A DNA stretch of 64,000 nt from Bacteroidota bacterium (GCA_029557915.1 JAKQHS010000111.1:5918-69917), one strand, 5' to 3'; positions 1-8,641 are shown, counted from the first letter of the stretch. Notes: generated by a model not told the origin, from the sequence alone. Numbers and translations are program-made.

Positions 1-698
1 AGACATCCCGGATAAAGAATGGGGTGACGTCCGGTACTTATCTGCTGCGGGTTAAATCGAACGCCACCGGCTGCCTTTCTGGTCCCATTTCCGTGACGGT
101 AAATGAATTGCCATTTGTAAAAGCTCCCGATGCTTCGGTTACAGTGCAAGCTACTTGTGATTCCCCTTCAGGTACAATTGTGGTCAGTAAACCCACAACC
201 GGCCATACTTATAGTTTTGACGATGGCCAAAGTTTTCAGGATTCCGGAACCCTATCCGGCCTGCCGCCTTCCATATATTATGTCCGGGTTAAGTCCAACA
301 CTACCGGTTGTATATCGGAGGGAAGAATTGTGATTATCGACAGCGTGTTCTGTGATTCTTTGATTTCAGGAATTACCTTTCCTTCCAGGATATACAGCTT
401 GAGCCCCACATTTCAAAACGGTAGCCTTCCCAAATCCCACACCGGATCATTTAAACTCTACCCTAATCCTGCATCCGGTTATTTCAGGATAAAAATGGAT
501 CAACTCCCATCTCAAGGAAAGATCACGGTCAGGATGACGGATTCTTATGGCCGGGTGCTCAGACAGTTTGAGCGTTCCATTACGGAATTGGGAAACGAAT
601 CATTCCAGACACAAGATTTGCCCAGGGGAATCATTTACATCCAACTGATTTCAGAGGAAATCCGGTACCCGGTCGGAAGACTGGTGCTGGTGGATTGA
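1..698 (+). CDS. Cell-surface repeat protein, C-terminal part (5' end outside window), with T9SS type-A C-terminal sorting domain
   Basis: The frame is open from nt 3, with no stop upstream of the track's GTG at 24. Two Cys-containing repeats (GTYLLRVKSNATGC / PSIYYVRVKSNTTGC, SprB-repeat-like) precede a Por/T9SS tail (KLYPNPASGYFRIKM...IIYIQL). Confidence 0.75.
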   Translation, partial: TSRIKNGVTSGTYLLRVKSNATGCLSGPISVTVNELPFVKAPDASVTVQATCDSPSGTIVVSKPTTGHTYSFDDGQSFQDSGTLSGLPPSIYYVRVKSNTTGCISEGRIVIIDSVFCDSLISGITFPSRIYSLSPTFQNGSLPKSHTGSFKLYPNPASGYFRIKMDQLPSQGKITVRMTDSYGRVLRQFERSITELGNESFQTQDLPRGIIYIQLISEEIRYPVGRLVLVD

Positions 699-732
699 TC
701 TATACCCTTGAGCATATTCATTTCGATTTTAA

Positions 733-758
733 CCCTGCACGAAAGTGCGGGGTTTTTT
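733..758 (+). terminator. Rho-independent terminator
   Basis: Hairpin CCCTGCAC-GAAA-GTGCGGGG (8-bp stem, one mismatch) followed by T6, 35 nt after the stop at 698. Confidence 0.7.
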
Positions 759-855
759 ATAATGTTATACATGAAACAATGAAATACCACAAATCCATAA
801 AATCCCACAAGGGCTTACAAATCTCCTAAGAATCTCCTCCTTCCCAAAACACTTC

Positions 856-1165
856 ATGTTCTTCGTGCCTTCATGGGCAACCCTTTGCGTCTTCGCACCT
901 TCACGAGAAACCATCCCCTGTGACTATGTGCATCAAGCTTCGCGTCTTCGCGCCTTCGCGAGAAACCATCCACCTTGCGCCTTCGCGAGAAACCATCTCC
1001 TGTGCCTATGTACATCAAGCTTCGCGTCTTCGCGCCTTCGCGAGAAACCATCCACTTCGCGTCTTCATCCCTTCGCGAGAAACCATCTCCTTTTGCCTGT
1101 GTCATCAAGCTTCGTGTTCTTTGCGCCTTCGTGGGAAACCATCCCCTGTTGGCTCCGTGAGAATA
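856..1165. repeat. Tandem array of an 82-90 bp unit (about 3.7 copies) built around the 18-mer CCTTCGCGAGAAACCATC
   Basis: Unit boundaries (CATCAAGCTTCG) fall at 931, 1013 and 1103, with a degenerate first unit from about 856. The 18-mer occurs 6 times plus one degenerate copy. The track ORFs 854..1171(-), 856..1182(+), 920..1174(+) and 975..1160(+) are low-complexity translations of the repeat. Confidence 0.85.
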
Positions 1166-1265
1166 AAACAATAATTGGTTAAATACCCACTACCCCGAAT
1201 ATTTTCTACCCCTCATGTTTGGTAGTCTGAATTTCCTTTTATATATTCATCCCAGACACCAATTT

Positions 1266-1835
1266 ATGCACCGGGATACCACCCATATCATAGACCGGAT
1301 TCGCAGTGGAGATGAGGATAGCCTCCGTGAGATATACCGCGAATACCGCCAGCCTTTCATCCAGTGGATCAAGGGCGAATTTTTCTGTTCAGATGATGAT
1401 GCCATCGAATTTTTCCAGACTGCCGTAGTCATCCTCTATGACAATATCATCACCGGCAAACTCACCGAACTCAACAGCCATGTCAAAACCTATCTCTTCG
1501 GGATCGGCAAAAACAAGGCCCACGAATGGTTGCGGCACCGGCAAAGGCAGGGGGTTCATTCCGACGAACTCCTGATCAACTACCTACATGAAGAAAACCC
1601 CGAAGTGGATGAAGCCGACTTTGCAGAATCGCTCCGGGCCGTGGATGCCGGCATGAATCAATTGGGCGAGCCTTGCCGCAGCCTGCTCAGCTATTTTTAT
1701 TACCAGAAACTCAGCATGCGCGAGATCTGTGAACGCCTCGACTACAAAAACGAAGACACGGCCAAGAACCAGAAATACAAATGCCTCAAGCGGTTACAAT
1801 CCATTTGTGCGGACATTAAGGGGGTAAAAGTATGA
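1266..1835 (+). CDS. ECF-type RNA polymerase sigma-70 family factor
   Basis: 190 aa from the ATG at 1266; the track ORF starts 51 nt earlier. It has region-2-like and region-4 HTH segments (LSMREICERLDYKNEDTAKNQKYKCLKRL). It is paralogous to 22503..23090. Its stop overlaps the next start (ATGA at 1832). Confidence 0.8.
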   Translation: MHRDTTHIIDRIRSGDEDSLREIYREYRQPFIQWIKGEFFCSDDDAIEFFQTAVVILYDNIITGKLTELNSHVKTYLFGIGKNKAHEWLRHRQRQGVHSDELLINYLHEENPEVDEADFAESLRAVDAGMNQLGEPCRSLLSYFYYQKLSMREICERLDYKNEDTAKNQKYKCLKRLQSICADIKGVKV

Positions 1836-2686
1836 CGAACACCCCCGAACATATCAGAGAAACCCTGGAACTCTATGACCGCGGAGAGCTCGACCCTTCC
1901 CGTTTGCTTGAAGTCCAGGCCTTATTACGCTCAGACCCGGCCTGGCAGGCAGCCTGGCGTAGCTTCCGCTCGGAAACCGCGGGGATCAGGCTGAACAGGC
2001 TCAAAACAAACTTGTCCGTCCTGGAATCCCTGGAGGCCGAACTAAAAGATCCGGAAAAAAAAACGGCGGCCGGGGGTGACCCCGGAGCTGTTTTGACATC
2101 AAGTCCTGAATCAAACCATATAAAACAGGCATCGGAAACGTCCCAGCCTGAAAGCATGGAAGAAACCATCGATCGGAATACCTCTGAAGGCATCCGTTTT
2201 TCCAGGCTGCATCAGGCCTTGAACGGCCTCAAAGCGGAAGAAAAAAAAACTGCCGACCCACGTCCGGCTGGCGGCCGCATCCTGGTTATTCGCAGGATCT
2301 GGCTGGGGGCTATTGCTGCGGGCATTATAGGGTTTTTTCTTGTAATGCAATTATTCAATAACCTGAATCGTCCTAAATATATAAACCAATATTTAATTAC
2401 ACACTTTGACGAATATATTTTACATGAAAAATCAAGAAGCAAATCCGAGAAATTAACTTTTAACAAAGATAAAGAAATTGGTTACGATCTTTTTGTATTG
2501 CAAGAATTTACAGAAGCATTACCTTATCTACAAAAAAGCTGGTTAAACTCAAACGATACTTTATCCTTTTTTTATTTAACTGTCAGTCATGCAGCCCTTG
2601 GTAATAATAAATATTTTCGCGAATACAAGTCAAGTCCTGTCTTACAATCTCAATTGTATCAAATTTTATTAAACAAAATAAAGTGA
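1832..2686 (+). CDS. Single-pass membrane protein, putative anti-sigma factor
   Basis: Translationally coupled to the sigma gene. It has an N-terminal cytoplasmic helix region (LELYDRGELDPSRLLEVQALLRSDPAWQAAW), a low-complexity linker with two A9 tracts, one TM helix (IWLGAIAAGIIGFFLVMQLF) and an extracytoplasmic C-terminal domain of about 110 aa. The architecture matches 23087..23833. Confidence 0.6.
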   Translation: MTNTPEHIRETLELYDRGELDPSRLLEVQALLRSDPAWQAAWRSFRSETAGIRLNRLKTNLSVLESLEAELKDPEKKTAAGGDPGAVLTSSPESNHIKQASETSQPESMEETIDRNTSEGIRFSRLHQALNGLKAEEKKTADPRPAGGRILVIRRIWLGAIAAGIIGFFLVMQLFNNLNRPKYINQYLITHFDEYILHEKSRSKSEKLTFNKDKEIGYDLFVLQEFTEALPYLQKSWLNSNDTLSFFYLTVSHAALGNNKYFREYKSSPVLQSQLYQILLNKIK

Positions 2687-2687
2687 T

Positions 2688-3446
2688 ATGAAACTTCTAT
2701 TAATCTCAACTATATCTTTCATGATTCTATATTCCTGCGAATTTGAGGGAAAGAATCACACTCTTTTACCAACTCAGTTATTAGAAACTATTACTTTTGA
2801 CACAGTAATAAGTTTTAATCCATTCATGAGCATAGCCCAAATCAAAACAGATACCTTCTTTTTTTTTAATAACGATTCCATTGAAGCTCATAAACCGTAT
2901 TCCAATATTGTTCAATACGACTTTAGAGCTCCTAGAAATTGGGACTTTAGTCAACCTCAATCGGTATTATATAAATTCGTCTCAACAGATTATCAACTTT
3001 CTGGTCAAGGTTTAATGCCGTTAGGTCACCATGGAAATCTTTCATTGAATGGAGTGGAAATATTGGCCCAAAAGGGCCGCTTATGCTCTCATAGAAACGC
3101 ATCATTTTACAATGGTACTTTATATGCTATTAACAAGGATTCATTATATTTTATCCCATTTGATGGCATATATGATCACGAATGGAATTGCTTATTTTCT
3201 CATCATGGCCTGCAAAAAAATTACATTCATGGCTTTTTTATAAGACTTACTAAGTCCGAATTTTATTCTGCAACACAAACAGGATATGTGCAGCATAATA
3301 TAAACTGTGATGGTATAAACCATATCAGATGTATAAACTTCAAATCCTATCATACAAAAATTGGAACCACACTTTGTCCTAGAAAAGCAATCGAACAAGG
3401 AAACAATAATTATTTTGTTTACTTCTTTAGTGATATTAAAAACTAA
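2688..3446 (+). CDS. Hypothetical lipoprotein (AT-rich cassette)
   Basis: 252 aa with a lipoprotein-type signal (MKLLLISTISFMILYSC). It starts 1 nt after the previous stop. I recognised no family. Its composition is far more AT-rich than flanking genes. Confidence 0.5.
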   Translation: MKLLLISTISFMILYSCEFEGKNHTLLPTQLLETITFDTVISFNPFMSIAQIKTDTFFFFNNDSIEAHKPYSNIVQYDFRAPRNWDFSQPQSVLYKFVSTDYQLSGQGLMPLGHHGNLSLNGVEILAQKGRLCSHRNASFYNGTLYAINKDSLYFIPFDGIYDHEWNCLFSHHGLQKNYIHGFFIRLTKSEFYSATQTGYVQHNINCDGINHIRCINFKSYHTKIGTTLCPRKAIEQGNNNYFVYFFSDIKN

Positions 3447-3473
3447 AAACTTACTCCAAAGCAAATTGTTTTC

Positions 3474-6137
3474 CTATATAAATACCACGAACTCAAATTC
3501 ATTTTTAACATCATTAATTTTTTTTAACGATGCTATAATTCTACGAGCTCCAATAATTTTAAAATATCTCACCATATTATATGTCCCTTCATAATCAATT
3601 ATGTCCCCAATTCCTGTTTCACAACCTGCGAGTGTAATCTGAAATGTTTTAGATCTATATTTTAGCAAATCATATCCAAATAGAGTATCAAATTCTGAAA
3701 ATGTATTGGTTCTAAATATTAGATATACATTTTCCCTTTCATTCGAAATTACAACACCATGGTGTGCAATATACAAATGGTTATATTTTCCATTCGTTAA
3801 ACAATCAATAAACCTTGCTCTTGTGGATTTTAAACCCGAATAACTTATATTGTTCGCCTTTTTTTTAAACTGAAGAATCTCATGATATCCTCCTGGAAGC
3901 TCCACGAATGAGGAAGTAGGATTTCTAATGGTATTAGGGTCCGAAAACGAAAATGCAGCAGTCTTTAAATCATTTCTTTGAATCATACCTTCCTGTTTCA
4001 TGGTGGAAGCTGAAAAAGTGTAAAACAGATTATAATGCTCCTTTAAATAATCTTTCCCGTCTGGAAATAATAATAAATTAAAATTTAAGTTATAAAATTT
4101 TCCTGATGGGCAAAATACAATACTCTTCTTGTCATCTAAATTTAGCTTTCCTAAAATAACTTTATACACTATATTGGACATCCTTATATATTCTAAATGA
4201 TCGTATTTCCCCAATCGCTGATACTCTATTAATGAATCCAGCGTTTGAAGAAAACGGTAATCCACTTTTTCTTTAAATATCTGATTTACAGTACTAATAT
4301 TTAATATATACAGATTTGAATCAATTAAATATATGGATAAAAACAATACTGTATCTGGAATAGCAACTTCTTTTAATGATTTTACCTCTCCTACTGTCTT
4401 CGCATTAAAATATTCAATAAAATTCATTTTTAGATATTTATTAAACTCATCATACTGGAAATACAATTCGTCCAGCTTCGCCTCTTTCTTCTTCCCCATG
4501 CGGCAGGCTCGAATTTCATTTTTTAGGAATTCTTCTTTTCTAACAACATCCTCAGGAATCATTAATTTTAATTTAACGTCATTCATTTCACCACTTAAAA
4601 TGCTCGCTTTAACTTTCTCCATGCATCTATAAAACTTTTCAAATGCCCAAACATTTTCATTACTTTTCCACATTACAAAATATATTTCCATTGCCATTTC
4701 ATATATACTTTTACTGTATGACAATACCTCCAACCGACGGGTTTCTTCAATGCTATAGTTTTCTTTGTTGATCATGTCTTCTGCTTTATCCAATAATCGA
4801 ATGGCCATGTTTAATTTATTCTCATTTCCACTTAATTTAAATTCCAAAAACAAGTTTTTTATTATGTCACCAACGATTATAAAATTAAAATAACCATAAT
4901 CCGCCATCCCCATCAGAATATCTTCAACAGTAAATGCTTTAATTGGACTTTTATAATTGATATTATTAAATGCTTCCGCCGTGGATTCACTTAATTGACC
5001 GATTCTACGGTAACTTTCAATAAGAAGTGTGCTTAACGTGAGGTACACAGAGGGAGGGAACCGCTTAAGTGAAAAAAGATAGAGAATAGCTTTTTGGGAA
5101 TGATTTATGGTATTTAAATACTTACCATTCGAATAAAACGCTTCTGCACTGATCTTATCCACATTGACAAAAGTGTCACTTGAAGCAACGATTTTCATTA
5201 AATCATTGTTCAATAATTCAGCCAAACGCTCATTGCCACGATTAATGCAAGAATAGGAAAATGAATACAAAACTTGCTGGTAAAGTTTGATGTATTTAGT
5301 ACCTTTAACCATTAAAAGCGCTTCGTTATAATCCTTAATGTATCCGGAATCCCGGTCCACAATTGCCCGTATATATCCGGAATTATAAAAAGCATAGGAT
5401 TGTAGGATTGTATCTTTTGTAAAATATATACTCAAATCCTTCATTTCCTCTCCCAGTTGGCCCCCAAACAGGTATTGACGTTGCCCGATGGTTAAAAGAA
5501 TAAGTTCTTTTTTTGTGTAAACTGTTTCATGCGTAATAAAGGGTAAGGAATCAAATTTGGAATTAGCCTTTATATAATATGCATAAGAACCATACAGGTC
5601 ATTCAGAACATAAAAGGTATATTCTCCGCGAAGTAGGTCCATCTTTGCTCTCCAATAATCAGGAACCTTTTCATTCAATAGAATGCTGTCACACAAAGTT
5701 GTAAAAACTCCGAATTCGATTTCATTGTACAGGTTAATTTCATCCATAAAATATAACAGCAAATCCTTTGTTGTTGAAAACTCACTTAACTGAATGGGAG
5801 TATGGTCAAATAATTCAGTGGTAAGAACCATATGGGCATTGAGCCTTTGCGCTGCCTCATTACGTCTGAAATAGAGATAATTTTTAAGACTTTCTGATGA
5901 TTTAGAAATCAAGTCATCATATCGTTCAATAGCTTTTTCTAACAAGTGACCATAAAACAAAGAATCAGCCGAAGCTATTTCCACAAGCATGGATTTTTCT
6001 ATGTTGGGTTCAATAAATTCAATGATCTCATAAAATGAATTGGTCTGTGAAGAGTCAATACCTTTTGTATAACAACATATCCAGCTAGTGCAAAAACTTA
6101 TGCATAACATCCAATATTTAAGCAACGTTAACACCAT
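3474..6137 (-). CDS. TPR-like / CHAT-domain (caspase-fold) protein
   Basis: 887 aa. The C-terminal CHAT signature has a His/Cys dyad (LYIAHHG ... ITLAGCETG). A long helical-repeat region precedes it, and the N-terminus is hydrophobic and Cys-rich (signal-like). It overlaps the upstream TPR gene by 10 nt. The gene is AT-rich. Confidence 0.75.
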   Translation of the reverse strand: MVLTLLKYWMLCISFCTSWICCYTKGIDSSQTNSFYEIIEFIEPNIEKSMLVEIASADSLFYGHLLEKAIERYDDLISKSSESLKNYLYFRRNEAAQRLNAHMVLTTELFDHTPIQLSEFSTTKDLLLYFMDEINLYNEIEFGVFTTLCDSILLNEKVPDYWRAKMDLLRGEYTFYVLNDLYGSYAYYIKANSKFDSLPFITHETVYTKKELILLTIGQRQYLFGGQLGEEMKDLSIYFTKDTILQSYAFYNSGYIRAIVDRDSGYIKDYNEALLMVKGTKYIKLYQQVLYSFSYSCINRGNERLAELLNNDLMKIVASSDTFVNVDKISAEAFYSNGKYLNTINHSQKAILYLFSLKRFPPSVYLTLSTLLIESYRRIGQLSESTAEAFNNINYKSPIKAFTVEDILMGMADYGYFNFIIVGDIIKNLFLEFKLSGNENKLNMAIRLLDKAEDMINKENYSIEETRRLEVLSYSKSIYEMAMEIYFVMWKSNENVWAFEKFYRCMEKVKASILSGEMNDVKLKLMIPEDVVRKEEFLKNEIRACRMGKKKEAKLDELYFQYDEFNKYLKMNFIEYFNAKTVGEVKSLKEVAIPDTVLFLSIYLIDSNLYILNISTVNQIFKEKVDYRFLQTLDSLIEYQRLGKYDHLEYIRMSNIVYKVILGKLNLDDKKSIVFCPSGKFYNLNFNLLLFPDGKDYLKEHYNLFYTFSASTMKQEGMIQRNDLKTAAFSFSDPNTIRNPTSSFVELPGGYHEILQFKKKANNISYSGLKSTRARFIDCLTNGKYNHLYIAHHGVVISNERENVYLIFRTNTFSEFDTLFGYDLLKYRSKTFQITLAGCETGIGDIIDYEGTYNMVRYFKIIGARRIIASLKKINDVKNEFEFVVFI

Positions 6138-7441
6138 ATTTTCCGGTTATTTAGCAATATATTCAAGTAGACGTGGGTCATGGCCAGCATACTATAATAA
6201 AGCTCGACGTCTTTTTTATTGACCAGGTCCGCGGGTTGGATCCGCTCAAAGGGCTTTCCGCATACATGGCTCACCGCTTCCCGGTACAGCGGGATGGCCG
6301 AATCCGGTTTTCCCGTAAGGTCATAATACTCACCCAGCCAGTAGGTGGAACTCGGACAGAGCTGATAATCGTACCTGTTGCTGCAATAGGTCCGCACCCA
6401 GGCCAGGTAGGGCCGGGCCTCCTCCTGCCTTTGTTGATGCATCATGTGAAAGGCCATCGTACGCTGATAATAAAAACTGTCTTCTGGAGTCTGGACCATC
6501 GGAAGGGCCCGGTCCAGGAAAGTATCCGCCTTTTCAAACTGGTAATTCCTGGAAAGCTGGATGGCAAAATTGATCAGGTCATGGGCTTTCAGGCGGTTTT
6601 TGGAAAGATTGTACCGGATATGTTCTTCAAAATAGCGGTTGGCCTCATTGGGGTCGTCCATATCAGTATAGATATTGGCCAATACCTTGGATACGGAGAT
6701 CAGGTAATTGGAATCGATCACGGGCTCCCCGTTGAGTTTTTCGCGAAGGATCAGCGCATGGGCCAATGCATCATCGAATTTGCCGAGGACCCGGTGGGTG
6801 GTGGCCAGGGTATAGAGCTGGTTACGGTGAAATCCGGTAAAACCCGGCCGGCCGGCCAGGATGGTATCCAATACCTGTAATATGGCCATGGCCTTTCCCG
6901 GGTTGTTGGCATCGTAGCGCCACATCTCGGCATGTTTTTCCCGGATGCGGAGCATCAGATCGTATTGTGGCAGAAAAATCCGCTCGCCCTCCCCGGTGAT
7001 TGCTTTGAACAGGCGGTCTGAATTTTCAAATTGTCCTTTGATTCCTATCCGCACAGCAAACAAAAGCTTCCATTCGATTTGCAGTTCAGGCAGGATCCCC
7101 AGACTATCCCCTGCCAGCCTTGCATACAAAGAATCGAAAAGGGAATAATTCCGGTTGTTTAATTTCCTTTCCAGGTATTTAATGTCCAGATAACGCGTAT
7201 TATTTCTCTCCTTGAATATTTCATCCTTACCTAAACCCGCATAAAGGCTGTCTTCTTTACCCCTGTGCAAGCGGAAAAGGCTATCGGCAATGAATCGTAC
7301 CGAAGACCGATATGCCGCGTCCGTATCCAGGATATACTGGTTTATATCGATGCCGGTCTTATCTGTCCGGCAGGCTGCCAATAAAAACCCCCAAAGGAAG
7401 AGGAGGGCGGTGCATTTCAGTGTATTTCCCAAGAGTGGCAT
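6128..7441 (-). CDS. TPR-like repeat lipoprotein
   Basis: I call the start at the ATG at 7441, which gives MPLLGNTLKCTALLFLWGFLLAAC (lipobox LAAC); the track ORF extends to 7510. The body is helical-repeat/TPR-like. It appears to form an operon with the CHAT gene. Confidence 0.6.
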   Translation of the reverse strand: MPLLGNTLKCTALLFLWGFLLAACRTDKTGIDINQYILDTDAAYRSSVRFIADSLFRLHRGKEDSLYAGLGKDEIFKERNNTRYLDIKYLERKLNNRNYSLFDSLYARLAGDSLGILPELQIEWKLLFAVRIGIKGQFENSDRLFKAITGEGERIFLPQYDLMLRIREKHAEMWRYDANNPGKAMAILQVLDTILAGRPGFTGFHRNQLYTLATTHRVLGKFDDALAHALILREKLNGEPVIDSNYLISVSKVLANIYTDMDDPNEANRYFEEHIRYNLSKNRLKAHDLINFAIQLSRNYQFEKADTFLDRALPMVQTPEDSFYYQRTMAFHMMHQQRQEEARPYLAWVRTYCSNRYDYQLCPSSTYWLGEYYDLTGKPDSAIPLYREAVSHVCGKPFERIQPADLVNKKDVELYYSMLAMTHVYLNILLNNRKIWC

Positions 7442-7691
7442 TTTGATTCTGTAAATTAAGTGAAAAGAGGAAAGCATCCAAAATAGATGTTCCAGGCCCA
7501 CCACAAACAATCCGGTGGGGATAAACTATGCACAAGCGGTAATGACTAATAGCAGCCTTTAAGATTACCGGCTCCCCGCTTCTTTAATTCTTAATTCATT
7601 AATTCTTAATTCCCAAGTTGGGTTACCTCCTGACCCAAATTACACAATAAGAAAACCAACCTATTAAGCACACAAGGGAATTCAATAAAAT

Positions 7692-7961
7692 ATGGATAAT
7701 TCTATGGCTAATAAGCAAAAAATCATCGATGCCTTCCATTCACGTCCAAATGATAAGTGGATAAGCATAAATGAACTCGCCTCCTTAACAGGTATTGATC
7801 AGAATCAGGTATCAGGGATACTGAGGTCTTCACCTGACTTTGTGCAATCGACCCGATGGATAAAAAACGGAGAGCCGGTATATGCCACCAAAGAATCATT
7901 CAGGTCCGGTACCGCATTCATCGACAAGGTGCTGGGTGCATTCAAAAACAGAATAGATTAA
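7692..7961 (+). CDS. Small hypothetical protein, possible HTH/winged-helix
   Basis: 89 aa. The segment ISINELASLTGIDQNQVSGILR resembles an HTH core. I recognised no family by eye. Confidence 0.45.
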   Translation: MDNSMANKQKIIDAFHSRPNDKWISINELASLTGIDQNQVSGILRSSPDFVQSTRWIKNGEPVYATKESFRSGTAFIDKVLGAFKNRID

Positions 7962-7971
7962 AATTTATAAA

Positions 7972-8295
7972 ATGATAGCCAATTTGATCAATGAAAACAT
8001 CCTTTTACCGGCAATGGGCGGGTTTGCGATCCAGTTGCTGTCTCTGCTGGAACTTGCAAAAGTTCCGATTAGCCAGCGACCTGATCTAAAATCTCTGGTG
8101 TACTGGATTCCTTATCTCGTAAATCCATTGCTCGGCGGATTGTTAGGGTTTACCTATTTCCACAATGAGCAAACCATAAATCCCGTATTGGCCATTCATA
8201 TCGGGGCCTCTGCCCCGATCACCCTGAGAATGATGGCTTCCAGCCGTCCTCCTAAAACTATAGAACCTCAAAGGAGTATCCCTGAAAATCCTTAA
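7972..8295 (+). CDS. Small integral membrane protein
   Basis: 107 aa, 10 nt downstream of the previous gene, with about three hydrophobic helices (LLPAMGGFAIQLLSLL, YWIPYLVNPLLGGLLGF, VLAIHIGASAPI). Confidence 0.45.
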   Translation: MIANLINENILLPAMGGFAIQLLSLLELAKVPISQRPDLKSLVYWIPYLVNPLLGGLLGFTYFHNEQTINPVLAIHIGASAPITLRMMASSRPPKTIEPQRSIPENP

Positions 8296-8449
8296 AAGAG
8301 TAAGGGCGAGAACGCGGAAAATCGAATAGAGTACGCACTAAAATATTTTTTATAACCTAATTTCTATGTAAAATTTATCATTTATTGAAGACGATCAGTT
8401 CCTTTTTCAATTCGAAGAACTGAATGCAGACAATTTCAAAGCAGATCAA

Positions 8450-8623
8450 ATGTTGACACTAAACCAGTCACAGAAACTGGTAAGGATATGTGATCTCTAT
8501 AAAATCATCAAACCAATATTATTGGTTATCCTTAGCATTCCCTTTGTTCCAAGGAAAATAAAAGAAGCCATTAAAATTTTCATCGAAAACCTGGACCTGG
8601 TCTGTCCGATTCCAACCGCTTAA
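8450..8623 (+). CDS. Possible small ORF (57 aa), below the track threshold
   Basis: My own translation is MLTLNQSQKLVRICDLYKIIKPILLVILSIPFVPRKIKEAIKIFIENLDLVCPIPTA*. The frame stays open upstream to 8372 without an ATG. It lies in an AT-rich gap just before the 8642 gene. Coding status is uncertain. Confidence 0.25.
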   Translation: MLTLNQSQKLVRICDLYKIIKPILLVILSIPFVPRKIKEAIKIFIENLDLVCPIPTA

Positions 8624-8641
8624 TCGCACGTTTCCCGTCTC

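Noticed and set aside
856-1165. Possible CRISPR array (repeated 18-mer with intervening sequence)
   Set aside because: Repeat spacing alternates irregularly (about 28-36 and 54-56 nt). The 'spacers' are themselves repeated as part of an 82-90-bp unit. The repeats are degenerate at the array ends in a minisatellite fashion. No cas genes are present in the window.
2340-6180. AT-rich cassette as a classical mobile element or prophage remnant
   Set aside because: I found no integrase, transposase, tRNA target, terminal inverted repeats or flanking direct repeats. I kept it as a compositional-island finding only, not as a mobile_element feature.
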